A stretch of 62,984 nt of DNA, filler included, from Globobulimina sp. (GCA_003354225.1; 45 parts of 45 records of this genome joined end to end with filler, not necessarily neighbours in it); one strand, 5' to 3'; shown: positions 1 to 11,659, numbered from the whole stretch's first letter. A program made the numbers and translations. The notes: generated from the sequence alone by a model not told the origin.

Positions 1-85
1 TACTTTTACTTTCCAAACGGTCATTTATGATGAATCAGTACGAACTAGAACTAAAAAAAGCAGATTTGGTATGTAGCAATAAAAA

Positions 86-1303
86 TTGCCTGAAAGCCTG
101 TGTGCAAAGCAACGCAACGCCACGCCACGCCACGCGCCACAGGCAACCCATAGACAAACATGCCTCATCCTGTCATGCACCACACAGATGATCGGTATTT
201 GGCAGGAAATTAATCGATTTTCAAACCGAGTCTTAACTCTCCAACGCAACCATCGTTCCGCCATTTGCAGCATGATGCAGCCGGACGGAAGCAAGTCCAT
301 TGCGGCCAACAACAAAACTATCAGTATCAGCAAAAACATCCATAATCACAACCACAATCACAATAATATCCGGCCATTGAATGGGTTGAATGGCCACAGT
401 GCCGCCGCAGCCGCAGACGGCACTGACTCTGCTACAAACACTCTAAGCATCAATGTCAGCAACAGAGAGCACAAAAAGCGGCGCAGACAGTATAGATTTT
501 CGACAGGCAACGACACTTCGTCCGAGAGTGACAGTGACAGTGAGCCCGATTCTGACGGTGATTCAGATGACAACCTATCCTCAAAGAGCGACATGGACGA
601 CATGGACGATATGGACAATGAGGCAGAGGCCGAGGCAGACGATGTGAAATTGAAAAATAACAGTGATGAGCACCTCAACTTTGCCATGGCCATTGCCAAT
701 GACCTGAACAATGGCAGCGACAGAGACAGAGCGCACAGCCGGGAGAGCAATGGGAGCAAATCGAGCGCCAAAAGCAAGAAAAAAGAGCGTAAGACCACCA
801 AAGGGCGCTGCAGTGGCTACAACATATATTTTGGTGTTCGCTGCAAAGAGATTCAGAAAATGGATCCAAATCTGGAGTTTGCCAGCATTTCCAGGAACAT
901 TGGCAATGAATGGAAGAACTTGGCCAAGTTCGAGCAGACCAAATGGAACCACATAGCGGCCAAAACTACACAGCAAAGAAAGGAAGACGCGGAAAGAAAG
1001 GAGCGGCAACAAAAGCAGTTGAAACAGTTCCGTTTCGTGTGCATTTCCATAATTTTTGTTGATCTGCTAAATTGCGTGCCTTTTTTTTTAATGACAGAGA
1101 CAAAAAACGGAAGTTAGCAGAGTTGAATGGATATAATGAGAACAGTTTGAATGGAATGCACGGCCATGGTCAGGGCCTGAATGGTTTTGCGAGCAATGTG
1201 CGGATTGATAACAGCAACGGTTTGAATACAATGTCGTTGAATGGCAATACTGTGAATGCATTGCAGTTGAAGGCGTTGAATGGCGGCGGCGGGAACCATG
1301 CAG
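86..1303 (+). CDS. HMG-box protein with acidic/low-complexity N-terminus (partial; intron 1027-1097; start uncertain)
   Basis: SGYNIYFGVRCKEIQKMDPNLEFASISRNIGNEWKNL...KW fits the HMG box; a GT..ACAG intron joins it to the DKKRKLAEL frame. Confidence 0.85.
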
Positions 1304-1403
1304 NNNNNNNNNNNNNNNNNNNNNNNNNNNNNNNNNNNNNNNNNNNNTTAATTAATTAANNNNNNNNNNNNNNNNNNNNNNNNNNNNNNNNNNNNNNNNN
1401 NNN
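1304..1403. other. Artificial contig linker (N-run, TTAATTAATTAA, N-run); first of 44 linkers recurring every ~1.4 kb
   Basis: The same 100-nt cassette with stops in all six frames recurs throughout; flanking contigs are 1303, 1302 and 1301 bp in decreasing order. Confidence 0.99.
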
Positions 1404-1507
1404 TTAAACTTATTATTTTATTGTGGACTAGTTCTGTTCTCTACAGACTTAACAAGTATCACTTACTATTCAACATCTTATGATCATCTCCCATTGATAG
1501 CTTTCAA

Positions 1508-2706
1508 CTATTCCCTGTCGTGCAATTTTGTGAAAATCATCGGCCCGGTCAAGCCAGACAAGGCCGAGGCGATCATCATTCGGCCATGGATAGCCGCAAT
1601 ATATTTAGTGCCAAATAGGTCCGATTCATACGCGGGTACCGTCGAATAGCCAGCTCCGAAAAATGAGATTATCGCAATAGTACTGCCATAAAACAACACC
1701 AACGGCGCATACGATTCAGCGCCAACAGCATTGGCCACCGCCCACGGCAACGCAAAGTATAACGGCGCGCCAACACAGGTAAACATTGTAAATATATTTT
1801 TCCGGCCCACTTTATCCGATAACGAGGCCCATACGAACCTGCCGCCCAAATTGCCCATGGCTAGAAACTGTACGTATGTGGCTGCAAAAGCAGCTGTACC
1901 GCCGGCCGCGGCCACCATTGGGCTCGAGGACAAACACGCAGACAATACGTCTTTGGCGCAACTCATTAGGCCCATTCCCACGGTCGCCGTGCATAGAAAC
2001 GTAGTGCACATTAACCAGAATTGCGGCGTTTTCATCACATCATCGACGTGCACATTCTTTGTCACATACTGGGTGGCTGAGGCTGTTCCTGTTGATTCTT
2101 GTTCTTTTAGTCTCATGCTTTCGGGCTGCCATCCAGTTGGTGGCGTTTTTAATAATAATCCACCGGTCAACGTGATTGCTAAATAGCCCAAACCCAAGGT
2201 ACCTTAGGTCGCATGTTGCATTTTGTTTTTTTTTGAGTGAAAAACATTGTAAGTAAATGTAAAACATGGCACAGTCACACATACGACATACCCATTGTTG
2301 CAGCCACTCCGGTCGAGCCAGTACCTACCACATAAATACCATCCTGCAACACAGTGCTTATATGTGACACTTCAGACGCAGTCACATTCACCACTTCACT
2401 CCATTTGTCACCAACTTGCGCCATTAAGCTGCCCGCATCTGATCGCGTCGTGACAACATCAGTGGCATTGCCCAAATATTGCGGTGCTACGAAGTTGTTT
2501 CGCAATAACATTTTTTTGAGCGATACAATAAACACAGCGCCTCCGCCAAAGCCGCAGATGGCCATTCCAGTGGCCAGGCCTCGCTTGTCAGGGAACCATC
2601 GGATTAATGTAGCCACGGGAGGTAGATAGGCAATGCCCATCCCACAGCCTGCAATGGCACCGTATCCAACATATAGCAATGGCAATTCATGCGTATATAC
2701 GCCCAC
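1508..2706 (-). CDS. MFS transporter, oxalate:formate antiporter (OFA/YhjX-like) family; 5'-partial; intron 2203-2291
   Basis: YGAIAGCGMGIAYLPPVATLIRWFPDKRGLATGMAICGFGGGA, NLGGRFVWASLSDKVGRK and PAYESDLFGTKYIAAIHGRMM; the 89-nt GTATGT..TAAG intron restores the frame. Confidence 0.9.
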
Positions 2707-2806
2707 NNNNNNNNNNNNNNNNNNNNNNNNNNNNNNNNNNNNNNNNNNNNTTAATTAATTAANNNNNNNNNNNNNNNNNNNNNNNNNNNNNNNNNNNNNN
2801 NNNNNN

Positions 2807-4109
2807 AAACATTTATTATCAACCTATAGCCAAAATTCTTTATTTACAGATGGAGTTTGCTTTTTGTGACTTAAAATCCATTATGAATATGAAACCCCAT
2901 TTGAACAGCCAATCAATAATATATTTCACATTACAAATATTAGCCGGACTTAATTGTTTACATTCAGCCAATATTAATCATAGAGATATAAAACCAGCGA
3001 ATATATTAATCGGTAATGATGGAAGATTAAAAATCGGTATGTGATTCTTAGTTATTTGTGGCTGTTATACTGTATACACATTAATTACACAGCTGATTTT
3101 GGATTAGCAGTGAACATCAAATATAAATTTATTGATATTAAAACGCAAGGCGTTGGTTCAGGGAAATATACAGATCCCGATTCATTAAAAAAAACTGCAT
3201 ATAACATTAAATCGGATATGTATTCATTGGGTGTAATTGCATCCGAAATGATTGGATTTAGATGGACTCCATGTAAATCTCGCATGAGATTCAATCCACC
3301 CAAATATTTCCAATATGTGCAAGAAAATAAAGCAAAATTACAAGAATATTGGAATGAATTAGATTCGGATCAAAATATCCCTGGATTTGACATAATTATA
3401 TTCAATTTATTACAGGAAACCCTGTCAAAAAGACACACGGCGAAGGCAGTAATCGATGCGATGAAGACAAATATTATTAAATGTGATGAATTCGATGAAA
3501 AGAAAGTGCAACAAGAAACAAAGCACATCGCACAAAGTGTTTTTATTGGAAACTATAAACGTTTGGAAATTAGTAAAATAATCCAATCAAAAGATAATGA
3601 CTGTATATTATCATTACTTAGCGGCTGTATTATATCAGTTGGATTTGATGAGCCACAACAAAATGCATTTATTAAATATGTGAGCGATAATATTCAACCA
3701 ATTGGTATGTCCCTTAAAAAAACACAATATAAACCTCGATTTACTGATGAAATTATTAATTTTGCAAATCTCGATTTTAATCCAGGAGACGAGGCAACAA
3801 TTAATAATATTTATGATCAATATCAAACATCGATATTAAATATGGCACAAAAAGAATTGAATGATAATAATAATGATATTGAGATGAAAAGAAAAGAAAA
3901 ATCAAACAATAAGGTTTGCACATATACAACTTTTATTTTTATATATCTGGTTTGTGTTTCTGAAAAACGAAAAACAGATTCAATGTGGATTCCGAAAAGG
4001 AACAAAAAGAGCTAGAAATTGTGCAATGGATGAGAAAGATGAAAATGTTGAAAATATTGAAAAAGATGGATTAAATGGAAATGGATCGCATGGAAATGAT
4101 ACAAAATCA
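2807..4109 (+). CDS. Ser/Thr protein kinase (partial; introns 3037-3092 and 3914-3977)
   Basis: HRDIKPANILI, spliced LKI-ADFG, and SDMYSLGVI. Confidence 0.9.
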
Positions 4110-4423
4110 NNNNNNNNNNNNNNNNNNNNNNNNNNNNNNNNNNNNNNNNNNNNTTAATTAATTAANNNNNNNNNNNNNNNNNNNNNNNNNNNNNNNNNNN
4201 NNNNNNNNNGAGATCTGATGGAACTTGTTGGAACAAAATAAATTGAGATTATCTTGTTTGTTGTTGAGTTTTCTTTCATTTATGCATAAATTTTGTGTCA
4301 TTTAGCCATTAATTTCAAACGATATTTTGAAGCGTTCTTAGTATTTTGAAGAAGATAAGTGAATGGTTTTTGACTTGACTTGAGTTGTTTCCCCAACCCA
4401 GAATACAGCAACGTATTCACACA

Positions 4424-5512
4424 ATGGATACAGATGCGGTAATTAAATGGATGAAGAAGATGGTGAAACAAGCCACATCATTATGGAATTCATCTAAATA
4501 TTTGCGCATTGTGTCAATTGTAACTGGATCAATAACTGTTTCGTTGTTTGCTCGCAATTTATATTCTATCCAGCAGCGAAAAATGAAAAAATTGCCGCCC
4601 GGCCCAATGGGTCTCCCAATTGTTGGCTCATTATTTTCTTGTATAGATACTGCTAAATTTGCAAGAAATTTATCACAACGATATGGCTCGATATCTATGG
4701 CATATATTGGTTTTCAAAGATTTATATTTTTACATGATATTAAATCAATAAACACAGTGCTCGCAAATAAATATGCCTTAGATCGCGAACAGGATGAATC
4801 CTTAATGCTGCATCATGTCAAAGCGCATGAACTAATGACTTCAATCGCTCCTTATTCCCATTGGCGTTCAAGAAGGAAAATACTTCAATCAGTCATGTTA
4901 TCCAAATTAGATTCTTCATTCCAAAACAGAGTGCATAATAAATCATTGCGATATGTGTTTGCTTCAATGGATGAATGCATTAAAAATAATAAACCCTGGA
5001 TTGTAATGAAAGATGTCACATATATTCAATTTCATTTTATATGGTATGCAAATATATATAATGTAATGTATTTCGTTTATATTAAATTAAACATTTTAGG
5101 CATGCCTGTTTTGGCACATTTTTGCTTCCCGGCAGTGATGAACAAGAAAAATTAATTAGTTTTATTTCGAACTATCAGAATGAGTTCCGTTTTGATTCTC
5201 TGTTCAGATATTTAAAGTTTTTACCATCTAAATGGTTGCAGTTATTGTTCCCAACACCGATAGCATTGGACTCTTATTTGGAATATTTATTTAAAACAAC
5301 CTTAAATTATGATAATAATGTCTTTGATGTGAATGATAAAAAATGGGCCAAACATTTCCAACAAGCGCGAGTTGATAAAAATTCGTGTGTTGCCGCAAAA
5401 TTAATTGCTGAACATAGGCATAATCCAACCGAATCGAGTACGAAAGTGTCAATTTTCCAGGAAATAGCATTGTTTTGGTTGGGGGGCGTCGACCCTACAA
5501 AGAATTCAAATG
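4424..5512 (+). CDS. Cytochrome P450, N-terminal part (intron 5044-5099)
   Basis: Membrane anchor followed by LPPGPMGLPIVGSL; WxxxR C-helix (WRSRR); I-helix-like FWLGGVDPT. Confidence 0.85.
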
Positions 5513-5770
5513 NNNNNNNNNNNNNNNNNNNNNNNNNNNNNNNNNNNNNNNNNNNNTTAATTAATTAANNNNNNNNNNNNNNNNNNNNNNNNNNNNNNNN
5601 NNNNNNNNNNNNATATTAATGCTCAAAAAGATGAAAGATATTAATGCTATGTTAATGCATCATATTTATGCTAATTTTTAATTAATAGAAAAAAAAAGAA
5701 AGAAATATTTATTTAATATACAAATTATATGATTGCGTTTGTGAGACATTGTCCAATCATTTTATTTTCA

Positions 5771-6196
5771 TTAATTCGCAGTTGTAGGCATGTGTCCTTC
5801 TGCTGCAATGGAGATCTCTTTGGTTTTTGATAAATGTGGTGCAATAAATCCATAATAAACATCTTTGCCCAGCATACATACAAATGATGACATAAACATT
5901 AAATATTGTGTTTGTCGAAAATATTGACCAGAATATTGTAAAAATAAACCAATCAACATAAATTGAAATAAAATACTCATTCGATAAATGTTTTTGATTG
6001 CAGATTGTGGAAAGTATTTGTATGCTTGAATCAATAAACATGTGTAACCGAACAAGATAACACCAGCCAACTTTGATCCAAATATTGTTTCGTCATTGTT
6101 CCATTTTTCAGGCTCTTTAAAGACATTCATACTGAATAATATTGATGGAAACATCAAAATGATGGTAAACATGCTAGCTGACCCTGGGTCCGCCAT
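5771..6196 (-). CDS. Small multi-pass membrane protein, function unknown
   Basis: 141-aa ATG-to-stop ORF with about four hydrophobic segments and AT-rich flanks. Confidence 0.55.
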   Translation of the reverse strand: MADPGSASMFTIILMFPSILFSMNVFKEPEKWNNDETIFGSKLAGVILFGYTCLLIQAYKYFPQSAIKNIYRMSILFQFMLIGLFLQYSGQYFRQTQYLMFMSSFVCMLGKDVYYGFIAPHLSKTKEISIAAEGHMPTTAN

Positions 6197-7096
6197 TTAT
6201 AACTTGATTAACCTGTTTTTTTAATCTGTTTTTAATTGTTTTTTAATTGTTTGTTGTTTCTTATCAGAAATGTGGAAGCGTTTGTTTTTTTTTTTTAATT
6301 AATATCGTAATTATACTAATCGGAGAACAGAAATAAACATAATTATTAATTATGAATATAATGCAGCAGAAACACAAAGTAGCTGAACATTTTCAAGCAC
6401 GAATGCGCCATTACTCGATAATGAGCATGACGACGTCCATTTATATCCATGTATTGCAGAGTTAGTATCGGAGTTTGTGCCATCCACCGCCTTCGAAGGA
6501 GTGCAAATTTTGGGCAATGATAAAGTCCCGGCCTTTGATAATAACATTGAACTGATGGAATTTGCCAATGTCCCATATTTTTAACACAGAATGTCTGGCC
6601 GTGGACATTACGCTGCATTGCCGATACTGCATATTATCAGATATCGACTGATATATTTGCCGCCATTGTGTCGCATCACAAGAATGTCAAAGATACACGA
6701 AAATGAAATGTATTCAAGTGGAATACAGAAGGTGTGATATTTATTAATAATATCTTATTTCAAATGTTTGACGTATTTGCATTCAGTATTTGTAACTTAT
6801 AATTCGTGAATTAATTAAAATGAGCTCTGAGCAAACAAGGCTGATTAATGAGAATCGATACAAATTACTTGAAATATTCTGCCAATACGATTTGGGCAAT
6901 GTAAACAAAGAGGAGNNNNNNNNNNNNNNNNNNNNNNNNNNNNNNNNNNNNNNNNNNNNTTAATTAATTAANNNNNNNNNNNNNNNNNNNNNNNNNNNNN
7001 NNNNNNNNNNNNNNNCGCTTCAGATCATTTGGAATAGGAGAATCAGAAATAGTAAGTATGTATTTATACCCAAATCGATGGGTTTTAGTCAACAGA

Positions 7097-7996
7097 TTAA
7101 GGATTCAAGTAACTGGTGATATCAACAATGGCGCAGCTTTTGTCCATATTGTTGGTATTCCCAAATCCAAACACTTTACCATTATTATCCAGACATAATG
7201 TATGAAACTTACCGCATGAAATTTTCATAATATTTGTTACTGATTCAACCAAAGTGATTTGATTCACATTATCAAAAAACATTTGTCCACATTGTCCGTA
7301 TTTGTTTCCACCGCACGACAAAACACTGCCACATTCTGTTAAAAATATCGAATGATATAATCCAGCGGCAATATCAATGATTTTGTAATTTGTATTTTTT
7401 GGTAATTTTATGGGTGTTGGTTTTGAAACTTTGGTGCCTTTGTCATGAATTTGTAGCCATTGAGCAAGATTTATTCCATTTTCTTCATTTACTATTCCTA
7501 ATTGACCATGAAAGTCATCACCAAATGCATAAATTGCATGTTTTTCTTTTTCATGCGTTGTTGCAATGAATATATGTCTTGCATATAATGAATTACTTAC
7601 AAATGATATTGATTTATTGCTAAAAAATGGATGTTTGAGGAATTTATCTGTGGCACTTTTATATAAAAATAAATTGTGTTGATTGGTTTCAATATATAAA
7701 TTATTTCCACTTTTATATACATTTTGGGTAAAATTATTGTTATTGTTATTATTGCTGTTTATGGACATTGGTAATGATATGTCAGTAAATGAATGGTGTG
7801 AATATTGATAATCTGCGTATATTTTAGCGCTGCATTGAGTTATAATTGTATCAATTACATCATTTGGAATAATAAATGTCAATAATGGTTCAATAGAAAT
7901 ACGAATGTATCCCTTGACCAGAGATATGATGTCATGTTGGATGTTGTAGCTTTTCTCATACTTTCTACACATTGATGTGTCTGATGCAGACGACAT
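7097..7996 (-). CDS. RCC1/BLIP-II repeat protein
   Basis: YAFGDDFHGQLG, DIAAGLYHSIFLTECGSVLSCGGNKYGQCG and ISCGKFHTLCLDNNGKVFGFG. Confidence 0.9.
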   Translation of the reverse strand: MSSASDTSMCRKYEKSYNIQHDIISLVKGYIRISIEPLLTFIIPNDVIDTIITQCSAKIYADYQYSHHSFTDISLPMSINSNNNNNNNFTQNVYKSGNNLYIETNQHNLFLYKSATDKFLKHPFFSNKSISFVSNSLYARHIFIATTHEKEKHAIYAFGDDFHGQLGIVNEENGINLAQWLQIHDKGTKVSKPTPIKLPKNTNYKIIDIAAGLYHSIFLTECGSVLSCGGNKYGQCGQMFFDNVNQITLVESVTNIMKISCGKFHTLCLDNNGKVFGFGNTNNMDKSCAIVDITSYLNP

Positions 7997-8418
7997 TGTC
8001 ACTTAACACATACACATTATGCAGGTAGTTGATTGAGAAGCCGGCTCTTTCAGCTGCACTTCTTTATATTTTCCTGATGAAAAGAGGTAATTTGTTGCAA
8101 ATATGCATAGCAAACTCCACCCTCCGTACGAACAAGTGTAAGGGTTATGGGTTTCCCATTTACTGCGACCAATTTAAATATAACTTTATAAGCAATGTGG
8201 ATCAGTCAGTCAATACATATCTGCTCTGTCTATATCAAAATTATTTGACATTTCAAAACCAATATCATTGTCATCTCCCCAAAAATTATTATAATTGTAA
8301 TTATTATTTGCATCATTCNNNNNNNNNNNNNNNNNNNNNNNNNNNNNNNNNNNNNNNNNNNNTTAATTAATTAANNNNNNNNNNNNNNNNNNNNNNNNNN
8401 NNNNNNNNNNNNNNNNNN

Positions 8419-9624
8419 GATATTATATGATTAGGAAATAACTCATGCTGTGTTTATCAGAGATATCATTTAGCGGTCTTTTAGTTGTTTTTTAGACAAA
8501 TGTATCGGGTCACATCAACAAACAGAAGCAAAATATCACATAAAATATATTCTCATTTTGATTTATATATTAATTCAATTGTTAATAGAGAATTATCATT
8601 GGATTTCCATTGGTTGCCTCAAAATTTTGTGTGTGATTTACACAAATTTGGTGGTAGATATAACATATATTATTCATCAGATATAAATGCAAGGTATCAA
8701 TTTTTAAATGATATCGGTGATAAACAATTTCCTCTCAAAACCTGGAACAAAATTGGTGCATATGGATGGGTCAAAAATGACAACAAACATCGGAGAATTC
8801 GGAGATTATTAAGTCAGAAACAAAAACCAGTTCAAATAATGGGGAAAAATGCTACTCAACAAATGGATATATTGGATCTAAGCGCATCTTTTTTAGATAA
8901 AGAATCGTATCATACCATTAATACTTCATTGCGATTATTTGATTTTTTCCGAGCTGATTTATTAGCAAAAGTAGTGGCGTACTATGAGAGTGATTATATA
9001 CTATTTAGTATGAGTTTGCCTGTTTGGATTTGCAACTTTGTAAATGTTAATTATAATGATATTATAACATCCGATTATGGAAAATATTCAATATATTATG
9101 AGGATTATGATCATAATGCAATTGTTAATGATTCACGTTCAGGAATTGTATGGAAGAGGAATAATGAAATAAAGAATAGAATGGAAAAATATAATACATT
9201 TATTGATAGTTTTTATGAAATGATGGATTTTGATGATGTGTTTGGAACAATTATTCATAAAATAAGAGGCATTGTTGCATTGTCAAATATATTGACATTT
9301 GTTGATGTGAATATTTTACCACAATGTTTTTTTAAATATATTGATTGGGATTTTTCAAAAATGATTGACAGAGAGAAAAATAATATGATACAATTGATTG
9401 ATGTGTATTTTAATAGAAATATGAAATTAAAGAGAAATAGGTATAGGAAGGTTTTAGATGAGTTTGTAATTAAAGATGAGGAGAAGGAAAATGTAAATGC
9501 AGAGAAGACATTTATGGAATGGCGAAACGGCGATAAAATATTATATCATAATATTCGTAGTAATATGTTGTGGATGAGAGATATTCCCAGGAAAAAATTG
9601 TGGAAAATACATCATCAGCACTAG
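8419..9624 (+). pseudogene. Carbohydrate sulfotransferase (Sulfotransfer_2-like) with disrupted 5' region
   Basis: HWLPQNFVC and YYESDYILF lie in the long ORF; the upstream AVFIRDII*RSFSCFLDKC motif is in another frame with two in-frame TAG codons (8432, 8471). Confidence 0.6.
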
Positions 9625-9821
9625 TTTGAATATATTCTCAATTCTTTCGAAGGGAAATGGGTTTTGTGTGTTAGCAATTTAGAAATTAGTGTGTTCATTT
9701 AGTTATATATGTACTTTGTAGNNNNNNNNNNNNNNNNNNNNNNNNNNNNNNNNNNNNNNNNNNNNTTAATTAATTAANNNNNNNNNNNNNNNNNNNNNNN
9801 NNNNNNNNNNNNNNNNNNNNN

Positions 9822-10805
9822 TGTTCTTTTTTGCATTGTTTGATCTGGACACCGTCCCATTTATCAATCTGTTGCTTCAAATGCAGCAACGCATTCGCTA
9901 AAATCTCATTGTTGTCCTCGAACTTTATGCTTTTATGCTGCGGCGTGTACTGCAAACCCAAGCTATCAATCTCTTGCGTTGCCTGCACATCACATATAAC
10001 AATATACACACACACTACTTATGAGTACCTTGCATTAGTTATGAAAATGCAAAAAGTTAACTGATTTGATGCATTTTTTCACCAATTTCTGGCGTTCGCG
10101 AAGATGGGAAGAAATGCGCTCTTTGGACTCTTTTCTGGCTCTCGCATCATAGGATTCGTAATTTGGGCAATATTCTAAAACTGAAAAATGTGCAGTTTGC
10201 TGTTGCTGGCTTTTCGATTTTGACCGTTTTCGACAAGCTGATGCTGTCAAAATAGGTGAGGATAGCAAGGAGTGGGTGGGCGATTGGGGTGATTTACAAA
10301 GACTGGATTTGTTCGAGATGGATCTGGATCTGTTTATATTCGCAATTGGGTCATCCGAACAGTGGTTCACATTGTTGCTGTTGTTGCCGCTGTGCAAGGA
10401 TGTGTCTGTGCGGCTGTTATTATTATTTATGATCAAAGTGTGGTTGGTGTCGCCTAGTCGACCGATAATGGGAGTTCGTGGTTTATTTATGCTTGAATTG
10501 GTGTTCTCGGTTTCAACCATGTTCCACAAAGCAACTATTAAGTCGTTGTAGTTTAAGTCGAGTTGTGTTTGTGTCTGCGGAGAGTTGTTTAGGTGCTCTG
10601 GTTTGATATTTAGAACATTATTGTTGTTGTGGTTAGGTGCCTGTTTTTCAAATTTAATCTGGCTGTCTTTTGCTGCTTCTTTTATGTCATCATCGTTTGC
10701 GGATAGCTCATATGGTAAATGCAGCTTGTTTTTGGTTGATAAATTATTGTCGGTGAATGCTCCGATGGTGGGAACCAATCCGGATATCTTTTGAGTACTG
10801 TCCAT
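9822..10805 (-). CDS. Low-complexity Asn/Ser-rich protein with C-terminal coiled coil, function unknown (spliced, partial)
   Basis: Long ORF 10035-10835 and a downstream exon after a TGCAG acceptor near 9983. Confidence 0.5.
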
Positions 10806-11018
10806 CAGTGCTTTGAAGGAGAGTTTAAACAACAATCAGAAAAGTAGCACTTAAGCCAAGATAACTAAACATAGAAAACCATTATCACATATAATATTGT
10901 CGACAGTCACAGCTTAGTGGTCATACAGCTGTAATTATGTAATTAACTAATTATGCAATTTAATTTCTATTCTTACCTAACAAAATTAAATTTATTTATT
11001 TGGCAATATCAAAAACAA

Positions 11019-11123
11019 TTGACTTTTTAGGCTTAAACTTCTAAACACTTCTTTTGTGATTGGCAAGGTTTTTGGGTTAGCTAGAGTGGTTTTCAACCTA
11101 GTATTCGAAGTTGACCTCGGTTT
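11019..11123 (-). mobile_element. Partial second copy (inverted) of the element at 12929-13084
   Basis: About 105 bp nearly identical to the reverse complement of 12980-13084; runs into the contig end. Confidence 0.85.
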
Positions 11124-11340
11124 NNNNNNNNNNNNNNNNNNNNNNNNNNNNNNNNNNNNNNNNNNNNTTAATTAATTAANNNNNNNNNNNNNNNNNNNNN
11201 NNNNNNNNNNNNNNNNNNNNNNNCCACCCGCCCCAGTTGGATCAGTCTATGCATATATTAAGTTTCTGGTGCAGTAGAACAATTCTTGAACATATTTCTG
11301 CGCATCTGGCGCATTCATTTTCAGGCTTTTCTCACTCAGG

Positions 11341-11569
11341 GCTAAGGCGCAGGAGTCCTGGCGCGGTCAGTCTCAAACTAAGAGTTCTCAAGCATGTTCC
11401 TGCATGGTTAGTCGATCAGTCTTCCATTTTTACTGTAATTGGTTTACTGTTCATGGCTTAGGTGCAGGAGTGTCCTGGCGCGGTCAGCCTTCGATATATG
11501 TATGTAATGTACTATATGTGTTTTCAAACTATTAACAGCTAAGGCGCAGGAGCGTCCTGGCGCGGACAG
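11341..11569. repeat. Three 30-32 bp GC-rich palindromic direct repeats with unique spacers
   Basis: GCTAAGGCGCAGGAG(xx)TCCTGGCGCGG(T/A)CAG-type unit at 11341-11370, 11456-11487 and 11538-11569. Confidence 0.9.
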
Positions 11570-11659
11570 CTGGTATCTTAGTGTCTTTTCGTTTTGTGTT
11601 TGTAGTAATGTTCTGACAGGTATGCAGAAGTGAGCTGTGCCTCATGACTGGCTCCTGCC

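Noticed and set aside
358..1050. Antisense and alternative-frame ORFs over real genes, here and throughout the window
   Set aside because: Shadow ORFs with no recognisable motifs
6346..6915. Possible plus-strand gene remnant (NAPLLDNEHDDVHLYPCIAELV...)
   Set aside because: Interrupted by stops and a frameshift, and no family recognised
1508..8473. TAG reassigned to Glu (in-frame TAG at 1508-1510, 8432 and 8471)
   Set aside because: All cases lie near contig ends, and the sulfotransferase case also has a frameshift; long conserved genes (enkurin, Rpn9, NIPA, crotonase, esterase) contain no internal TAG
11341..11569. CRISPR array
   Set aside because: Only three imperfect repeats, spacers of 85 and 50 nt, no cas genes, eukaryotic context
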